In this document: positions 1-10,972 of the stretch, piece after piece
Layout of the letters: each line of letters opens with the position of its first letter
Position numbering within the stretch: the first letter of the stretch is position 1
Source: a bacterium
Lineage (GTDB): Bacteria > SAR324 > NAC60-12
Reading direction: 5' to 3'
Assembly (NCBI GenBank): GCA_965205865.1
Contig: CBDBHR010000029.1
Location: 608,001-672,000 of the forward strand
DNA: 64,000 bases
Program-made: the position numbers and the translations under genes
Notes under the pieces: model-generated
What the model saw: only the letters and a program-made list of their open reading frames with translations
Databases searched by the model: none
What the model was told of the DNA's origin: nothing

Positions 1-128
1 TCTTGACAGGTATCACAAGCATAAAGATGCATTTGCAGAAGGATCCGCTGATACCAGGGTAATTTCTTATCCAATGACTCTGATACCAATTGTGCTACCT
101 TTTCACAATTCGCTCCAAACATCATCAT
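1..128 (-). CDS. zf-HC2 (anti-sigma-type zinc finger) protein, N-terminal part, runs off the window edge
   Basis: Manual translation MMMFGANCEKVAQLVSESLDKKLPWYQRILLQMHLYACDTCQ has the C...HxxxCxxC pattern; AGGAG RBS upstream. Confidence 0.7.
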   Translation of the reverse strand, partial: MMMFGANCEKVAQLVSESLDKKLPWYQRILLQMHLYACDTCQ

Positions 129-272
129 TCTTATGCTCCTGAGGTGAGGGAGTGAAAAAAATTTTCACTCCCTCGCTGACATATTCGTAGGGGATAGTCG
201 TACCTGCCTTTAAAATCTTACTGCTTCTCCAATGCATGATAATTTGAAAAATTCACTGACAAAAAAGTGATT

Positions 273-490
273 AACCTGAGTTCGAGATAAGAATTTAATA
301 AATTCAATATGTTATGGAATCTTCATATCTTAGAGAAAACTTGTCATTCCTGCGAAGCTTGTCCCTGCGAAAGCAGGGAGCAGGAATCCGGAGGTATGCA
401 GCCAGACTGAAATCCGGATCCCCGCTTTCGCGAGGATGACATATACACTAAGATAATCATATTATTGAAGATTTATGTCGAACTCAGGTT
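273..490. mobile_element. MITE-like element with AACCTGAGTTCGA terminal inverted repeats and an internal GTCATTCC...GGATGAC palindromic REP doublet
   Basis: 13-bp TIRs at 273-285 and 478-490; near-identical second copy at 61933-63869; no ORF. Confidence 0.8.
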
Positions 491-492
491 GA

Positions 493-987
493 TTATAGAT
501 TCTGGATAATCAGTGAGGATATATATTGAGGAGAAAAATCCTTTGTTTCAACAATCTGATCAGCCTGTTCATATAAAGGTGCGCGTTGTAGAAGCAACAT
601 ATGAATTCGCTCCTCAGGGTTCTCGGTTTGCAGCAAAGGTCGGTGAAGTGTACTTTTGAGCCGTAGTTTGATGTCTTCAATAGACGTTTTTATATAAATG
701 ATCGTTCCTATTCTTTTCATCACATCAAAATTACCTTCCGACACCACAACACCGCCTCCTGTTGCAATAACCGTATTTTGCGCCAACAAGAGTCTATTGA
801 GCAGTTTAGTCTCCAAATGCCGAAAATATTCTTCCCCTTGATGAGAAAAAATTTCAGAAATACTGCAATTTTGATCACTTTCAATTTGCTCATCCATATC
901 GAGGAAATGGTATCCAAGACGGTTGGCCAATTTACGACCAATTGTCGTCTTTCCTCCTCCCATCATGCCGATCAGTATCAGATTCAT
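493..987 (-). CDS. aroK: shikimate kinase
   Basis: GMMGGGKT P-loop, GEEYFR, ATGGG and RPLL motifs. Confidence 0.95.
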   Translation of the reverse strand: MNLILIGMMGGGKTTIGRKLANRLGYHFLDMDEQIESDQNCSISEIFSHQGEEYFRHLETKLLNRLLLAQNTVIATGGGVVVSEGNFDVMKRIGTIIYIKTSIEDIKLRLKSTLHRPLLQTENPEERIHMLLLQRAPLYEQADQIVETKDFSPQYISSLIIQNL

Positions 988-2078
988 TTTCCCTCAGGAG
1001 GCTGACAGTGATCTATCCAACCACCCCCCAACAATACTTCATCCTGATAAAAAACGGCTGCTTGCCCCGGAGACGCTGATCGTTCAGGAGTATCGAGAAT
1101 TAATTGAGCTGTGTTGTCATCCAGGGGAATAACAGTCGCTTTTACTCCTTTGTGGGCATAACGCAATTTGACAGTTACCGGAATCGGTTCCTGAACTGGA
1201 TCTATGGATACCCAATTCAAATCGGAAACCCGGATCGATTCGACATGCATATCTTGCAGTTTTCCCAAGACGATTTGATTTGTCTCTTTAAGAATATGGA
1301 TCACATAGTAAGGATCACTACTGCTGATTTGCAAACCCCGACGCTGTCCTACTGTATAGTAGGGAATGCCTTTATGACATCCTAAAATTTCTCCGGAAGT
1401 GGAAACAAAATCACCAGGTTCGGGTAAGGTTTTCGTTTGTTTGGCAATGAAATCCCGATAGTTCTGAGGAACAAAGCATATTTCCTGACTATCCGGCTTG
1501 TGTGCGGAAACCAATTCATGACGCGCCGCAATCTGTCGGACTTCCGGTTTGGAATAATCTGCTAAGGGAAACAGCAATCTTGGCAGTTCCTCGTTAGGAG
1601 TTCCATACAAAAAATAGGTTTGATCCTTGCGTCGATCTTGTGGTTTCGTGATTTGCCACTTTCCCGTGATGGGCTCTTTACCAACACGAGCATAGTGTCC
1701 TGTAGCCAAATAGGCGCAATCCAATTCGTCTGCCTTTTCCAGCAAATATCGGGTTTTTATTATTTTGTTGCACATGACGCATGGATTGGGCGTTCTGCCA
1801 TCAAGGTACTCTTGCACAAAATAATCAATCACGTTTTCTTTAAACTCATCCTGGAAATCAAGAACATAAAAAGGCACGCCCAGGTGGCTGCAAACAGCCC
1901 GCGCATCCAAGGCATCATTGAGAGAGCAACAACTTTTGTTTTGCCGTTCTTCAGGTGGCGCATCGTGCAGCTTCATGTGAATCCCAAGGACTTCATAACC
2001 TTGTTTTTGCAATAAAACCACTGCAACGGAGGAATCAACCCCACCACTCATGGCAACGGCCACACGTTTTTTATTCAT
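984..2078 (-). CDS. mnmA: tRNA 2-thiouridylase MnmA
   Basis: AMSGGVDS, TPNPCVMCN, ATGHY, DQTYFL, DSQEICF, PGQAAVFY motifs. Confidence 0.97.
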   Translation of the reverse strand: MNKKRVAVAMSGGVDSSVAVVLLQKQGYEVLGIHMKLHDAPPEERQNKSCCSLNDALDARAVCSHLGVPFYVLDFQDEFKENVIDYFVQEYLDGRTPNPCVMCNKIIKTRYLLEKADELDCAYLATGHYARVGKEPITGKWQITKPQDRRKDQTYFLYGTPNEELPRLLFPLADYSKPEVRQIAARHELVSAHKPDSQEICFVPQNYRDFIAKQTKTLPEPGDFVSTSGEILGCHKGIPYYTVGQRRGLQISSSDPYYVIHILKETNQIVLGKLQDMHVESIRVSDLNWVSIDPVQEPIPVTVKLRYAHKGVKATVIPLDDNTAQLILDTPERSASPGQAAVFYQDEVLLGGGWIDHCQPPEGK

Positions 2079-2214
2079 CTTGAAATTTTGAGAGCAAATA
2101 TTGTTAATCGGTGAGTAATTTTCGATCGATGGGAAAGAATTTTTATTGAGCGTCCTTTAATTCTTTCAAGCAACATATTCAATGCGTATGATCGCTTAAT
2201 CGTACTTGCATTTG

Positions 2215-2682
2215 TCAGTATCGCAATTCGGTCGATTGAACATATTCATGCATATAGGTAGTTTTCAGTGCTTCCAATGAAAATTCCGCACCGCCTTCAC
2301 TGGCCTGTTTTTCATAAAATGCAACAATGGCTTTTTGCATCAGGATCAGGCCTTCATCATCCGACTTTAGGACAATTTCTCCTTTATTGAGGGCATCCAC
2401 CGTTTGTGGAACCAATTCACAACATGTGATTGTTTTCAGGTTGGGGATCGCCAGTATTTCCTGGAGTGGCGTCATTGCCGAAAGTTTGCTTTCTGCCCGA
2501 TTGAAATGATGACATTGTCCCTGATTGTCCAGAAAACAAAAGAGATCCGTTGTTAAATCCTTATAAAAATGATCCACTTCATTGATACGATAACAACGAG
2601 AGACGGCGTGGATCCAATAAAAGTGACCGCTATGGAGAATACCCACTTTCTTCAGTCCGATCTCTTCCGGAAAATTCATCAC
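2215..2682 (-). CDS. hypothetical protein
   Basis: 155-aa ORF with GAGGAG RBS, no overlap with neighbours; no family recognised. Confidence 0.6.
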   Translation of the reverse strand: MMNFPEEIGLKKVGILHSGHFYWIHAVSRCYRINEVDHFYKDLTTDLFCFLDNQGQCHHFNRAESKLSAMTPLQEILAIPNLKTITCCELVPQTVDALNKGEIVLKSDDEGLILMQKAIVAFYEKQASEGGAEFSLEALKTTYMHEYVQSTELRY

Positions 2683-2992
2683 TGCTCCTCACAAACTTAA
2701 GGTTATACTATACTTCGGGAATCGATCCTGCTCAATACCTGAATTTAGAAACAAGTTGATGTCTACTTGTCTAAAATAAAAAACTGCATTTCAGATATTC
2801 GTATTTAACCACATTTCTCCATAAAAAGCCAAGTACCTATACGAATACTTCAGACGTTATGCCAAATTAAAAATTTACGGTGCGACGAGGTGTCAGTGTT
2901 TGATCATCCTCTGGAAAAAATACGCGTTGGATTCCGTGATGCAAACAGGTTTGGTGTTTTGGAGAATCGAGGAAGGAGAATGGGGGTCCAAA

Positions 2993-3010
2993 GGTCTGCC
3001 GAAGCAGACC
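2993..3010 (-). terminator. putative intrinsic terminator after atpE
   Basis: GGTCTGC-TTCG-GCAGACC hairpin (UUCG loop) followed by TTT on the minus strand. Confidence 0.65.
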
Positions 3011-3019
3011 CAGGATAAA

Positions 3020-3319
3020 CTATATTTTTCCTTGTAGAATGAAAGCGATGACCAAACCATAGATAACCAAAGATTCGATCAAGGCCAGTCCTACAATCAT
3101 CGGAGTAAAAATTTTGTCGGAGGCATTGGGATTGCGAGCAATTCCTTCCAACGCGGCATTGACAGCAATCCCCTGTCCAATCCCTCCACCCAAAGCAGCT
3201 AAGGAAACGGCCAAACCAGCTCCCAAAGCCAGTCCGAAGGTTGCCAATTCACCATCTGCCGCATACAAAGGAGCAGCGATGATCACCATAAAAAATGTGA
3301 AAAACCCTAACTTTTTCAT
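3020..3319 (-). CDS. atpE: ATP synthase F0 subunit c
   Basis: GGGIGQG, ARNP and LALIES (proton-binding Glu) motifs. Confidence 0.96.
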   Translation of the reverse strand: MKKLGFFTFFMVIIAAPLYAADGELATFGLALGAGLAVSLAALGGGIGQGIAVNAALEGIARNPNASDKIFTPMIVGLALIESLVIYGLVIAFILQGKI

Positions 3320-3351
3320 TTCAAAACCTTTTATAGATTAATCGATTGCGA

Positions 3352-4125
3352 TCAGTGTGCTTCACTCATCGCGCTTTCAAAATAAATTGCGGATAACAAA
3401 ACAAAAACAAATGCTTGTAAAAAAGAGATAAGAACTCCCAATCCCATAAACGGGATGGGCAATCCAACCGCAAGAATAGCAGTGAAAACTGCTACAACCT
3501 TGTGGTCACCCGTCATATTCCCAAAGAGACGAATGGACAAAGACATTGGTCGAACACAATGAGTGATCAATTCAATGGGGAACATCAACGGAGCTAACCA
3601 CCAAAGGGGTCCTGTAAACTGTTTGAGATAATGGGATCCATTAATCCTGATCCCCAAATAATGGGTCGTTACAAAAATTATCAAGGCGAAGGGGAGGGTC
3701 ACATTGAATTGATCCGTTGGTGGATTGAAACCGGGAATCAAGCCTAACAAATTCATGCTTAAAATGAACAAGGCGTATGTCCCCAATAAAGGAAACAGAG
3801 GTCTGGCCCCCACTCCATGCTGAATGATTCCAGAGAGAAAATTATAAATTCCTCTGATCATTACTTCAATAAAATGAGAAAAATTTGCTTTTCCGGAAGG
3901 TTCCAGCATGTCCGATTGTCGAAAAGGTTTTCCTCCAAAATAAGCAAATATGATGAGACCTGCGACCACAAACAGCATATCCAGAACAGGCAATGGATCG
4001 ATGCCCTTTTCAGCCAAAGGCTCTTCCAGAAACCCCAATACCAGATGCGACCAGGTCAATCCTCCTGCCCCAAAAGCGGATGGAGCAAAAAGGTACAAAA
4101 ATCCCATTAAGACGAATTTTTTCAT
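3352..4125 (-). CDS. atpB: ATP synthase F0 subunit a
   Basis: NLLGLIPG, RPMSLSIRLFGNM, LQAFVF motifs; start placed at MKKFVL. Confidence 0.95.
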   Translation of the reverse strand: MKKFVLMGFLYLFAPSAFGAGGLTWSHLVLGFLEEPLAEKGIDPLPVLDMLFVVAGLIIFAYFGGKPFRQSDMLEPSGKANFSHFIEVMIRGIYNFLSGIIQHGVGARPLFPLLGTYALFILSMNLLGLIPGFNPPTDQFNVTLPFALIIFVTTHYLGIRINGSHYLKQFTGPLWWLAPLMFPIELITHCVRPMSLSIRLFGNMTGDHKVVAVFTAILAVGLPIPFMGLGVLISFLQAFVFVLLSAIYFESAMSEAH

Positions 4126-4160
4126 GGATTTCCCAAGTTTCGATGATAGAGCAATTTGTT

Positions 4161-4589
4161 TCAAACCTTGGGGAGTTGAATAGAAGGAAACAAAGTGCGC
4201 TTAATTAACAAAATAAATACTGTTATCACAATGTTGGATAATCCAATCAAAATCCCAAGACCAGAGATCTGAAGATGAACAATTGCCAGATACAATACCA
4301 TCCCGGATAATCCCAGTTTCAAAAGATAAAAAACCAACATTCGCCGTTTCAAATCTTTAAAAAGCAAGAGCCGTAAAAGAATCCGGCGAGTGATGTAAAA
4401 ATTCAATCCAACAAGCAGACAACCTAACAAAACTGCGGGTACAAAGTCAAGCTGGAAAAATGCGGTTCCCGCGACAATCAACAGGCTCACCACGATCAAT
4501 ATAATCGTGATTTCGTTCAGGGTTGCAATTGTTTGAGGGGAAACGGGGGCAGCAGGGTTGCTGGTGTTGGAGTGTTGTTCGTTTTCCAT
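4161..4589 (-). CDS. atpI: ATP synthase protein I-like membrane protein
   Basis: Four hydrophobic segments; position directly upstream of atpB. Confidence 0.75.
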   Translation of the reverse strand: MENEQHSNTSNPAAPVSPQTIATLNEITIILIVVSLLIVAGTAFFQLDFVPAVLLGCLLVGLNFYITRRILLRLLLFKDLKRRMLVFYLLKLGLSGMVLYLAIVHLQISGLGILIGLSNIVITVFILLIKRTLFPSIQLPKV

Positions 4590-4600
4590 GGATTGACAAA

Positions 4601-4831
4601 CTATTTAGAGGAGGAGCTTTCTGTAGAGTTCAGTTTTTTAAGGAGGCGGAAAACGCTGCGGAATCCCGCGATTAGTCCGAAAATGAGAAACAACAATAGC
4701 AGCCAGGGTTCAGTATCAAATTGTTTGTCCAGAAAATCTCCCACAAATAGCCCTACAATTACTGAAATTCCCAATTCCAAGCCCATGGCGCTGAATTGAA
4801 TCCATTTACTATCCAATTTAAACCCTTTCAT
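4601..4831 (-). CDS. atpZ: AtpZ/AtpI-family small membrane protein
   Basis: GLFVGDFLDKQFDTEPWLLLLFLIFGLIAGF signature; first gene of the F0 cluster. Confidence 0.8.
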   Translation of the reverse strand: MKGFKLDSKWIQFSAMGLELGISVIVGLFVGDFLDKQFDTEPWLLLLFLIFGLIAGFRSVFRLLKKLNSTESSSSK

Positions 4832-5067
4832 GATAGAGCCTTTCCGGGAAGCAATCACCTGACCTGATACATATCAACGCCGTAACGCACTGAAATCAAT
4901 TGAAAATATTCAGCGAGAAATTGCATCCAGGTCACCCTGTTTCTAACACCCATTCTATTGGCAAAGCTTTAATTAGACAAGAATTTCCTTACCGTCGCGT
5001 TATTTCTTTCCCCTTAACCAACATCTCCTGTGTAGTTTCCAATCTGTACGCATTGGGGAAAAAGTGA

Positions 5068-5285
5068 ATAAGGCAGTTTTTGAGGATACGCCAGACATCT
5101 TCATGAGCATAAGCGCCACCTAAATGCGATTTTGTATGTCGTGAAAACGGGTTGTCAGTGGAGCATGCTTGCCCATGATTTACCTCCCTGGCAAAGCGTT
5201 TACGATCATTATCGCCGTTGGAAAAAACGCTGGACTGTGGAGCGAACATTCGCTTTTTGGCTCATGCCGAAGATGAACCGCTAAA
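5068..5285 (+). pseudogene. internally deleted IS5-family transposase remnant
   Basis: Manual translation LYVVKTGCQWSMLAHDLPPWQSVYDHYRRW joined directly to KRWTVERTF; both parts resemble the intact transposase at 16605-17390; ends approximate. Confidence 0.75.
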
Positions 5286-5292
5286 TATTTTT

Positions 5293-6430
5293 CGGAATGA
5301 TAGACATTAAGGCTTAAGCGATTAATGGTAAGTTAGGTCTCTTTCCTTGACTAATAGCATATTCCTTTCTGCAATCCGCTCATTTGTAACGTCGTGAGGT
5401 TTAACGATCTCACGGCGTTTATTTTTTGTCAATATCAACCCCCCAGGCAAAGTTTCAAGGTATCGGTGAACATGTTTTCATTGCGTCTATGGTTGTATTT
5501 GAAGCATGATTCGCCGATATAAAGATGCGCATACCGACGACTATACCAGTGATGTTGGCCATACCATGCGCGTTTTAAAAGACTCCAAAAACTCTCAATC
5601 GTGTTTGTGTGGATATTCCCGTCTACGAATTGCTTTTCATGATCAACAGAATAATGAAATATTTCATCTTTCATTGCTCGGTACCCTGAATATTGATCCG
5701 TCATCAAAACAGCCTTCGCCAGGTCAACGTGCTCCTTCAGCATCTCTTTGAAATTCTTGTTCGATAAGGACTTGTCATCAAAGAGCTCTGCCGCAACTCC
5801 CCCCTTACGCTCCGCAATACCTACAACAGGAAGCTTTTTTGTTCCCCTACCACGCTTGTTGTCATCATCCCTGTCTTCCTTCTTGTTCTCCTTCCTGGGC
5901 TTTCCTCCGACATAGGTTTCATCCATCTCGACGATTCCTTTGAATAGACGTTGTTGCTCGCCATCTTTTCCCATGGCTTCCCGGATTCGTTTCCCGAATG
6001 ACCAGGCAGTTTTGACACTCAAATCCAAGTCTCTTCCGAGTTGACGGTTTGAAATTGATTTCTTGGCATTCAAAACGAGAACGATCCCAAGGAACCATTT
6101 TCTCAAGGAAAGTTTGCTGTTATGGAAGATCGTATTGACGGTTGCCGAAAAAGAACGATGGCAGGATTGACATTGAAGCCGGCTTCTTTGGTTCTTTTCT
6201 TTGTGTCTCGACACCTTCTGGGAATGACAGTAGGGACACTCTGGTTTATCGCTCCATCGTAGATTTTCAAGATGCTTCAGTGCTTCTTCTTCTGTTGGGA
6301 ATTTATTGATTATTTCCATGAGACTTGTGCTTTTCATTTTCAATCTCCTCTGATAGATTCTTGTTTAATTCATTTGAATCTATCATAGCAGATTCCAAGT
6401 ATATGCTAAGCCTTTTTGTCTATCATTCCG
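5293..6430 (-). mobile_element. IS1595-family insertion sequence
   Basis: TIR CGGAATGATAGACA at both ends; 8-bp target duplication ATATTTTT (5285-5292, 6431-6438). Confidence 0.92.
5435..6343 (-). CDS. IS1595-family (ISXO2-like) transposase
   Basis: N-terminal CPYC...CQSC zinc ribbon; VEMDETYVGG, TD, HTNTIESFWSLLKR motifs. Confidence 0.93.
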   Translation of the reverse strand: MKMKSTSLMEIINKFPTEEEALKHLENLRWSDKPECPYCHSQKVSRHKEKNQRSRLQCQSCHRSFSATVNTIFHNSKLSLRKWFLGIVLVLNAKKSISNRQLGRDLDLSVKTAWSFGKRIREAMGKDGEQQRLFKGIVEMDETYVGGKPRKENKKEDRDDDNKRGRGTKKLPVVGIAERKGGVAAELFDDKSLSNKNFKEMLKEHVDLAKAVLMTDQYSGYRAMKDEIFHYSVDHEKQFVDGNIHTNTIESFWSLLKRAWYGQHHWYSRRYAHLYIGESCFKYNHRRNENMFTDTLKLCLGG

Positions 6431-6931
6431 ATATTTTTTTATAGCTGACCTCCTTTGTTGCGCAATTCTCCCTGTCCTGACTTGCTATAGGCTTTGCGCC
6501 GCGTAGTAGTGCTGAAATCATGCCTTGTTGTTTTAGGGAAGGAGAGGATTTCCGCTCGTTTGATTCAAAATTGGCTGTGGGAGGGTTCCCGCTTGATCAA
6601 TACCCTGGGAGGATGTGAAAACGATGGATCCTTGCCGGGAATCTTTTTTCAACGTTATTGAACTGAACGGCTTCTGACTGTCCCCGGATTTGAGCAGATT
6701 TATTGATTTTTTATTTTTTTTGCGAATCCCGCATTTATTTTGCCTTGGGGGGTTGACATTGGGTTTTTGTGTACTAGAATGATGCCATCATTGAGTTGTT
6801 TTAGTCACAGAGAAGGTTCTCGATTGATTGAGCAATATCGTGGGAGGACGTGAAAACGATTGATCTTCCCCGGGAATCTTTTTTAATGATATTTAACTAA
6901 ACGGGTTTTTCAGAGACCTGAATAGTTAGAC

Positions 6932-8747
6932 CCTAGCCGAAAAGGGTTTCGAAAATAGTAAATGTAACCAATTGGATTCTATTTGATTCAATATGACGAG
7001 AAAACGATTATTTTTGTTTTTTATTCGCCCACAGCACAGTTTTTATAGGGAAAAAATCTTTTTTGGACATACTTTCCTCGCCCCTGCTCATATTTCACAC
7101 TCCCCCATTGAATATTCAGGCCGCTTGTTTGAGTTGTCTTTTTTTCAACTCAATCATTTTGCAAAAATTATAGGTTAATGCTTTTTCCAGCAACTCTGCC
7201 CGAACGTTTTCAATCCCTCTGCGCATAACTTGTCCGAAATGGAAACGATGCTTAAGATGAAACATCAACGACTCTGCAGCAGATCTTCCATTTCGTGATT
7301 CCAAATAGATTTCACTTTCCCATTCTTCAATCGGGGTCATCTTTTTTCCCTTTGCCCCACTAATACTAAAAACCTTAACGCCTTTGCCCATCCACTTTTC
7401 TCTGATCGCCTGATTGGCATATCCATCATCAAGGCTCACTTCAGAGGGAATGGTGATGGTGCATCGCAAATGTTCAACAAGGGCAGGGTCGAGTTGCCCT
7501 GAATCAGCAGCATTGCCCTCCGGAGTAATTAACACGGAAATAAAACCATTTCCGCTCCTTCCTAATTGAGGCTTATATCCGATAAGCGCTTCTCGATCTC
7601 CCTTTTGAATATAAGCCGAGCTCTGATCGGAAAGACTCAATACTTTCTCAGTAGAAGGAACCTTCTTTTCTTCAAAAACTCTTTGATGACAGTAGATGAT
7701 TACCCGTTGCAAATTAGAAATATCTTCATTCATCATTTCAATGAGGCGAATCAAACGCGTTTTCCGAGAAGGGGGGAGAAGAGCTTTTTGGGCACGGATA
7801 TCCACCTTTGCCATTTCTTTTAAAAATTTCCCATGAGCGCTTTGAGCTTTCTTCAATAGGGTTTTGTAATGTTTTTTTCGCTTCGTTTTACTGTCCTTTT
7901 TACCTGTCTCAAAAGCAATCATCTTAGAGAGCTTATTCATCTCCTTGATGAGGAAATCAAAATTTCTTTCACTGATCTCAGCGATTCCAAATGTATCAAG
8001 GGAACGCCCTCGATGGTAGCTTCGCTCCACGAGACGAGTCAATATCGACGAATCAGTAGGCCAAGCTGTATTTCCTTTTACAGAGGTGCTATCCAGTTTT
8101 AAAATATCAAAATCGTCCAACTCTTCATCGAGAACCATTCGAATTTGAGCATCGAAAATAAACTGTCTGCTCTCGTTGCTGACAGCATTGACATTATCAA
8201 GGATTGTACTCGCTCCCGGCATTTTCAATCCACGGTTGAGCAGAAGCAGATGCAGTGTGATTGACTCTGAAAGAAATATTTGGGCCGTTTGGGATTTGAT
8301 ACTTCCTAAATATCCCCGAATCATCATAAAAAGGTAGACTAAAAAAGCCGACATCCGAGGACACCCTATTTCCAGCCTCAGTTCTTCCGGCTTCAATTCC
8401 TCATCTTCTACGGGAAGATGAGGAAGCCATGGATTCCGGGCTTCCTGCCATCGTTTATCCTCTAAACGCTCTTTCTTTTTATTTCTTGCGTATTTCTCCA
8501 AATCCTGTTCAATTTTGTCCAATATCTCCGGCTCTCGCTCAGACAATTGATCAAGTTCTGATAAGAAATTTTCAAATTCTGTATCAGGAGCGCTTAAAAT
8601 AAGATGTTTTTCTGCTCGAATGAATGGTTTCATTTTGGGTGCCATAATTCTTAATATTGAAGTTATTCACAGTGATTTCAATGAATTATGGCACTTTTTA
8701 ACCTCAAGTTTAAAGATATAATTCTAAAAAATACCTTTTCGGCTAGG
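6932..8747 (-). mobile_element. ISNCY/IS5-like insertion sequence
   Basis: 14-bp TIR CCTAGCCGAAAAGG at 6932-6945 and 8734-8747; no target duplication seen. Confidence 0.8.
7116..8645 (-). CDS. DDE transposase (ISNCY/IS5-like)
   Basis: LDSTSV..N..WPTD, SLDDGY, RSAAES motifs; similar layout to the transposase at 50567-52136. Confidence 0.85.
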   Translation of the reverse strand: MAPKMKPFIRAEKHLILSAPDTEFENFLSELDQLSEREPEILDKIEQDLEKYARNKKKERLEDKRWQEARNPWLPHLPVEDEELKPEELRLEIGCPRMSAFLVYLFMMIRGYLGSIKSQTAQIFLSESITLHLLLLNRGLKMPGASTILDNVNAVSNESRQFIFDAQIRMVLDEELDDFDILKLDSTSVKGNTAWPTDSSILTRLVERSYHRGRSLDTFGIAEISERNFDFLIKEMNKLSKMIAFETGKKDSKTKRKKHYKTLLKKAQSAHGKFLKEMAKVDIRAQKALLPPSRKTRLIRLIEMMNEDISNLQRVIIYCHQRVFEEKKVPSTEKVLSLSDQSSAYIQKGDREALIGYKPQLGRSGNGFISVLITPEGNAADSGQLDPALVEHLRCTITIPSEVSLDDGYANQAIREKWMGKGVKVFSISGAKGKKMTPIEEWESEIYLESRNGRSAAESLMFHLKHRFHFGQVMRRGIENVRAELLEKALTYNFCKMIELKKRQLKQAA

Positions 8748-9276
8748 ATCGAGCTATTCTTAAACAAACAGACTCCTATGTACCCCCCCGAGGTATACAA
8801 GAATGAAAACAGCTTTGAGGACTGGAAGAACCTGGTCGGCACCGGGCCCTATCAACTGACTGAATTTGTGGAGGGCAGCTCTATGACCTATAAGAAGAAT
8901 CCCAACTACTGGGGGGTTGACGAAAAATTCGGGAACCGCCTGCCCTATATTGACGAGTTAAGGCCCGTGCTGTTAGCAGAAGAGTCAGCACGTATTGCGG
9001 CATTGCGCACGGGTAGGATTGATTTCGTTGGTAACCCGGGAGACGCTCAGATATCGAATGTCGACATTATAGCGAGCCTCCAGAAGAGCAACCCTGAACT
9101 CGAATTTCATTTCGTTAAAGCGAATAAGGGCTCCTTCATATTTAACCAGTCTTTGCCGCCGACGCAGGACGTAAGAGTGCGCAAAGCACTGCAGATGGCA
9201 GTGGACAACGAGGCAATTAACGCTAGCATCCATAAGGGTTTAGGAGTTGTAGAGCCTTATGGGGTTTATATTCAAA

Positions 9277-10972
9277 CCTAAATCCTGCAATTGAATATTT
9301 TGATTGAGTTTCCCCCCACTCTTTGAGAGGTTTTTTTAAAAAAAAGGATTTGAGAGTTGAATTTCCATCAGTCCTTGCTCATAAAGGTTTTTCCGCCCTC
9401 CATTAGATCGTCATATTTTGTGATGATCTGATACCCGCTTTCGCGGGCACAAGATTCAAGACGTACTTCTCCCTGGATTTGGGAATCTACATCTCAGCAA
9501 AATGTATCCACTGGAGTGAAACAAAGGTTCCAGGTCTCTCCAACAGCGACCCATGCATCCCATTGAGCATTGTAAAGTGTTCTTTCCGGAACTCTCAGTT
9601 TTTGTTGACGAGCGCCACTCGTCCATTTTCCTGCCATTCGGACAAGATAGGTGCGCATGGTGGCCGGTTCCCAACGGCGCAGTATTGCGTTACCACTACA
9701 AAGGGCCATCCAGCGCAGCGTGTTGTAAGCGAGTATCGCGCATTGGAACAAGGCACTGTTGGCCCAAAAATCGTCGGTTTTAATCTGAGCCAGCGCAGTT
9801 TGATTTTTTGCTTCCTCAATCCATGTCTCAGCGACCGCCCTTTGGCCATACTCTTTGTGAGCCTGCCAGGGAGTGAGCGCGTCAGTGAGAACATAACAAA
9901 AATAATCGTACTCCTTCATCTCAAAGAGGGTGGCCATCCCTTTGAGTTCCTCCTCTTTCTCCCTGCGTACGGCCATGAATTTTCTTGACCTCCTCCAAGT
10001 TTCACATTGGTGGGAAAACTCACACCCTTCCCAAGCGGGCTGCCCCTTCACTTTTTGCCATTTTTGGGTTTCCAACAACGAGACAAGCCCCTTGAGTTTG
10101 ACCTTGATCAGATAGCCATGGCCTCGTTCTTCGAGGAAATCCAGCAAATCCCCCACAAAAAAACCACTGTCTCCACGAAACAGAGTGCGAGTCCGATTTG
10201 GAAGGTGAGCGAGAAGTTGCCGCATGAATTCAACGACTCCATTGCTGGTATAGGCACTCCCATCACGAAGCCAACCCTGAAGAATCTCCTTTGTCTCTGC
10301 GCAAAATGCCAGCAGAGGATGATACGAAGCTGCACCGCGTTTGTGGGGATTATATCCGACAGACACTCCTTGCTGCTTGCCGTAGGCCGTTTTCACAGTG
10401 GAGTCCACGTCAATCACAAGACAGTGTAACACCCCAACGATGCTTGTCCCACTTCGAAGCGCCTTACGCCAGATACCGGCTCGAATCCGATGGTTCAAGC
10501 TCTCCATCTCATTGATGTTTTTCTGTGTGAAAGTACGCAGTATCCGGCCGAATGTGGTTTCATCCGGAATCCTCAGCCAACCGGCCACACGACTCAAAAC
10601 ACGGTCGTTCCAAACTGTCACAATCGAACGAATCGAACGGGCGCCACCAACAATGCCGACCACCGACAAAATGACCATGTCCACCGCGTCATAAAGACCC
10701 GTGGCGCCACGCCGATGATCTACGGTCTGCTCTGTCTTTGAAACAATCCCTTCTTTGTGAAAAAATTTGACAACCGGAATCAAGCCTGCTTGCGCGGTCA
10801 GGTCTCTGCCTCCCTGGCTGATATGGATGTTTTTTGCTGTCGTTCTTGCCGATCTTGCGCTACGTTTGTTTTTCATGGTAATGGTGATCTCTTAAAATGT
10901 TGATTCTGGTGTTAACTATTTGAGTATATTACCATTTCCATGTTTGATTGTCATCTAATTGCAGGATTTAGG
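9277..10972 (-). mobile_element. IS1380-family IS, copy A (1696 bp)
   Basis: TIR CCTAAATCCTGCAATT; 5-bp target duplication TCAAA. Confidence 0.95.
9494..10876 (-). CDS. IS1380-family transposase
   Basis: IDVDST, YHPLLAF, FRGDSGF, AETWIEEAKN motifs. Confidence 0.93.
   Translation of the reverse strand: MKNKRSARSARTTAKNIHISQGGRDLTAQAGLIPVVKFFHKEGIVSKTEQTVDHRRGATGLYDAVDMVILSVVGIVGGARSIRSIVTVWNDRVLSRVAGWLRIPDETTFGRILRTFTQKNINEMESLNHRIRAGIWRKALRSGTSIVGVLHCLVIDVDSTVKTAYGKQQGVSVGYNPHKRGAASYHPLLAFCAETKEILQGWLRDGSAYTSNGVVEFMRQLLAHLPNRTRTLFRGDSGFFVGDLLDFLEERGHGYLIKVKLKGLVSLLETQKWQKVKGQPAWEGCEFSHQCETWRRSRKFMAVRREKEEELKGMATLFEMKEYDYFCYVLTDALTPWQAHKEYGQRAVAETWIEEAKNQTALAQIKTDDFWANSALFQCAILAYNTLRWMALCSGNAILRRWEPATMRTYLVRMAGKWTSGARQQKLRVPERTLYNAQWDAWVAVGETWNLCFTPVDTFC

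Noticed and set aside
4989-5249. 86-aa minus-strand ORF
   Set aside because: Antisense to the IS5 remnant.
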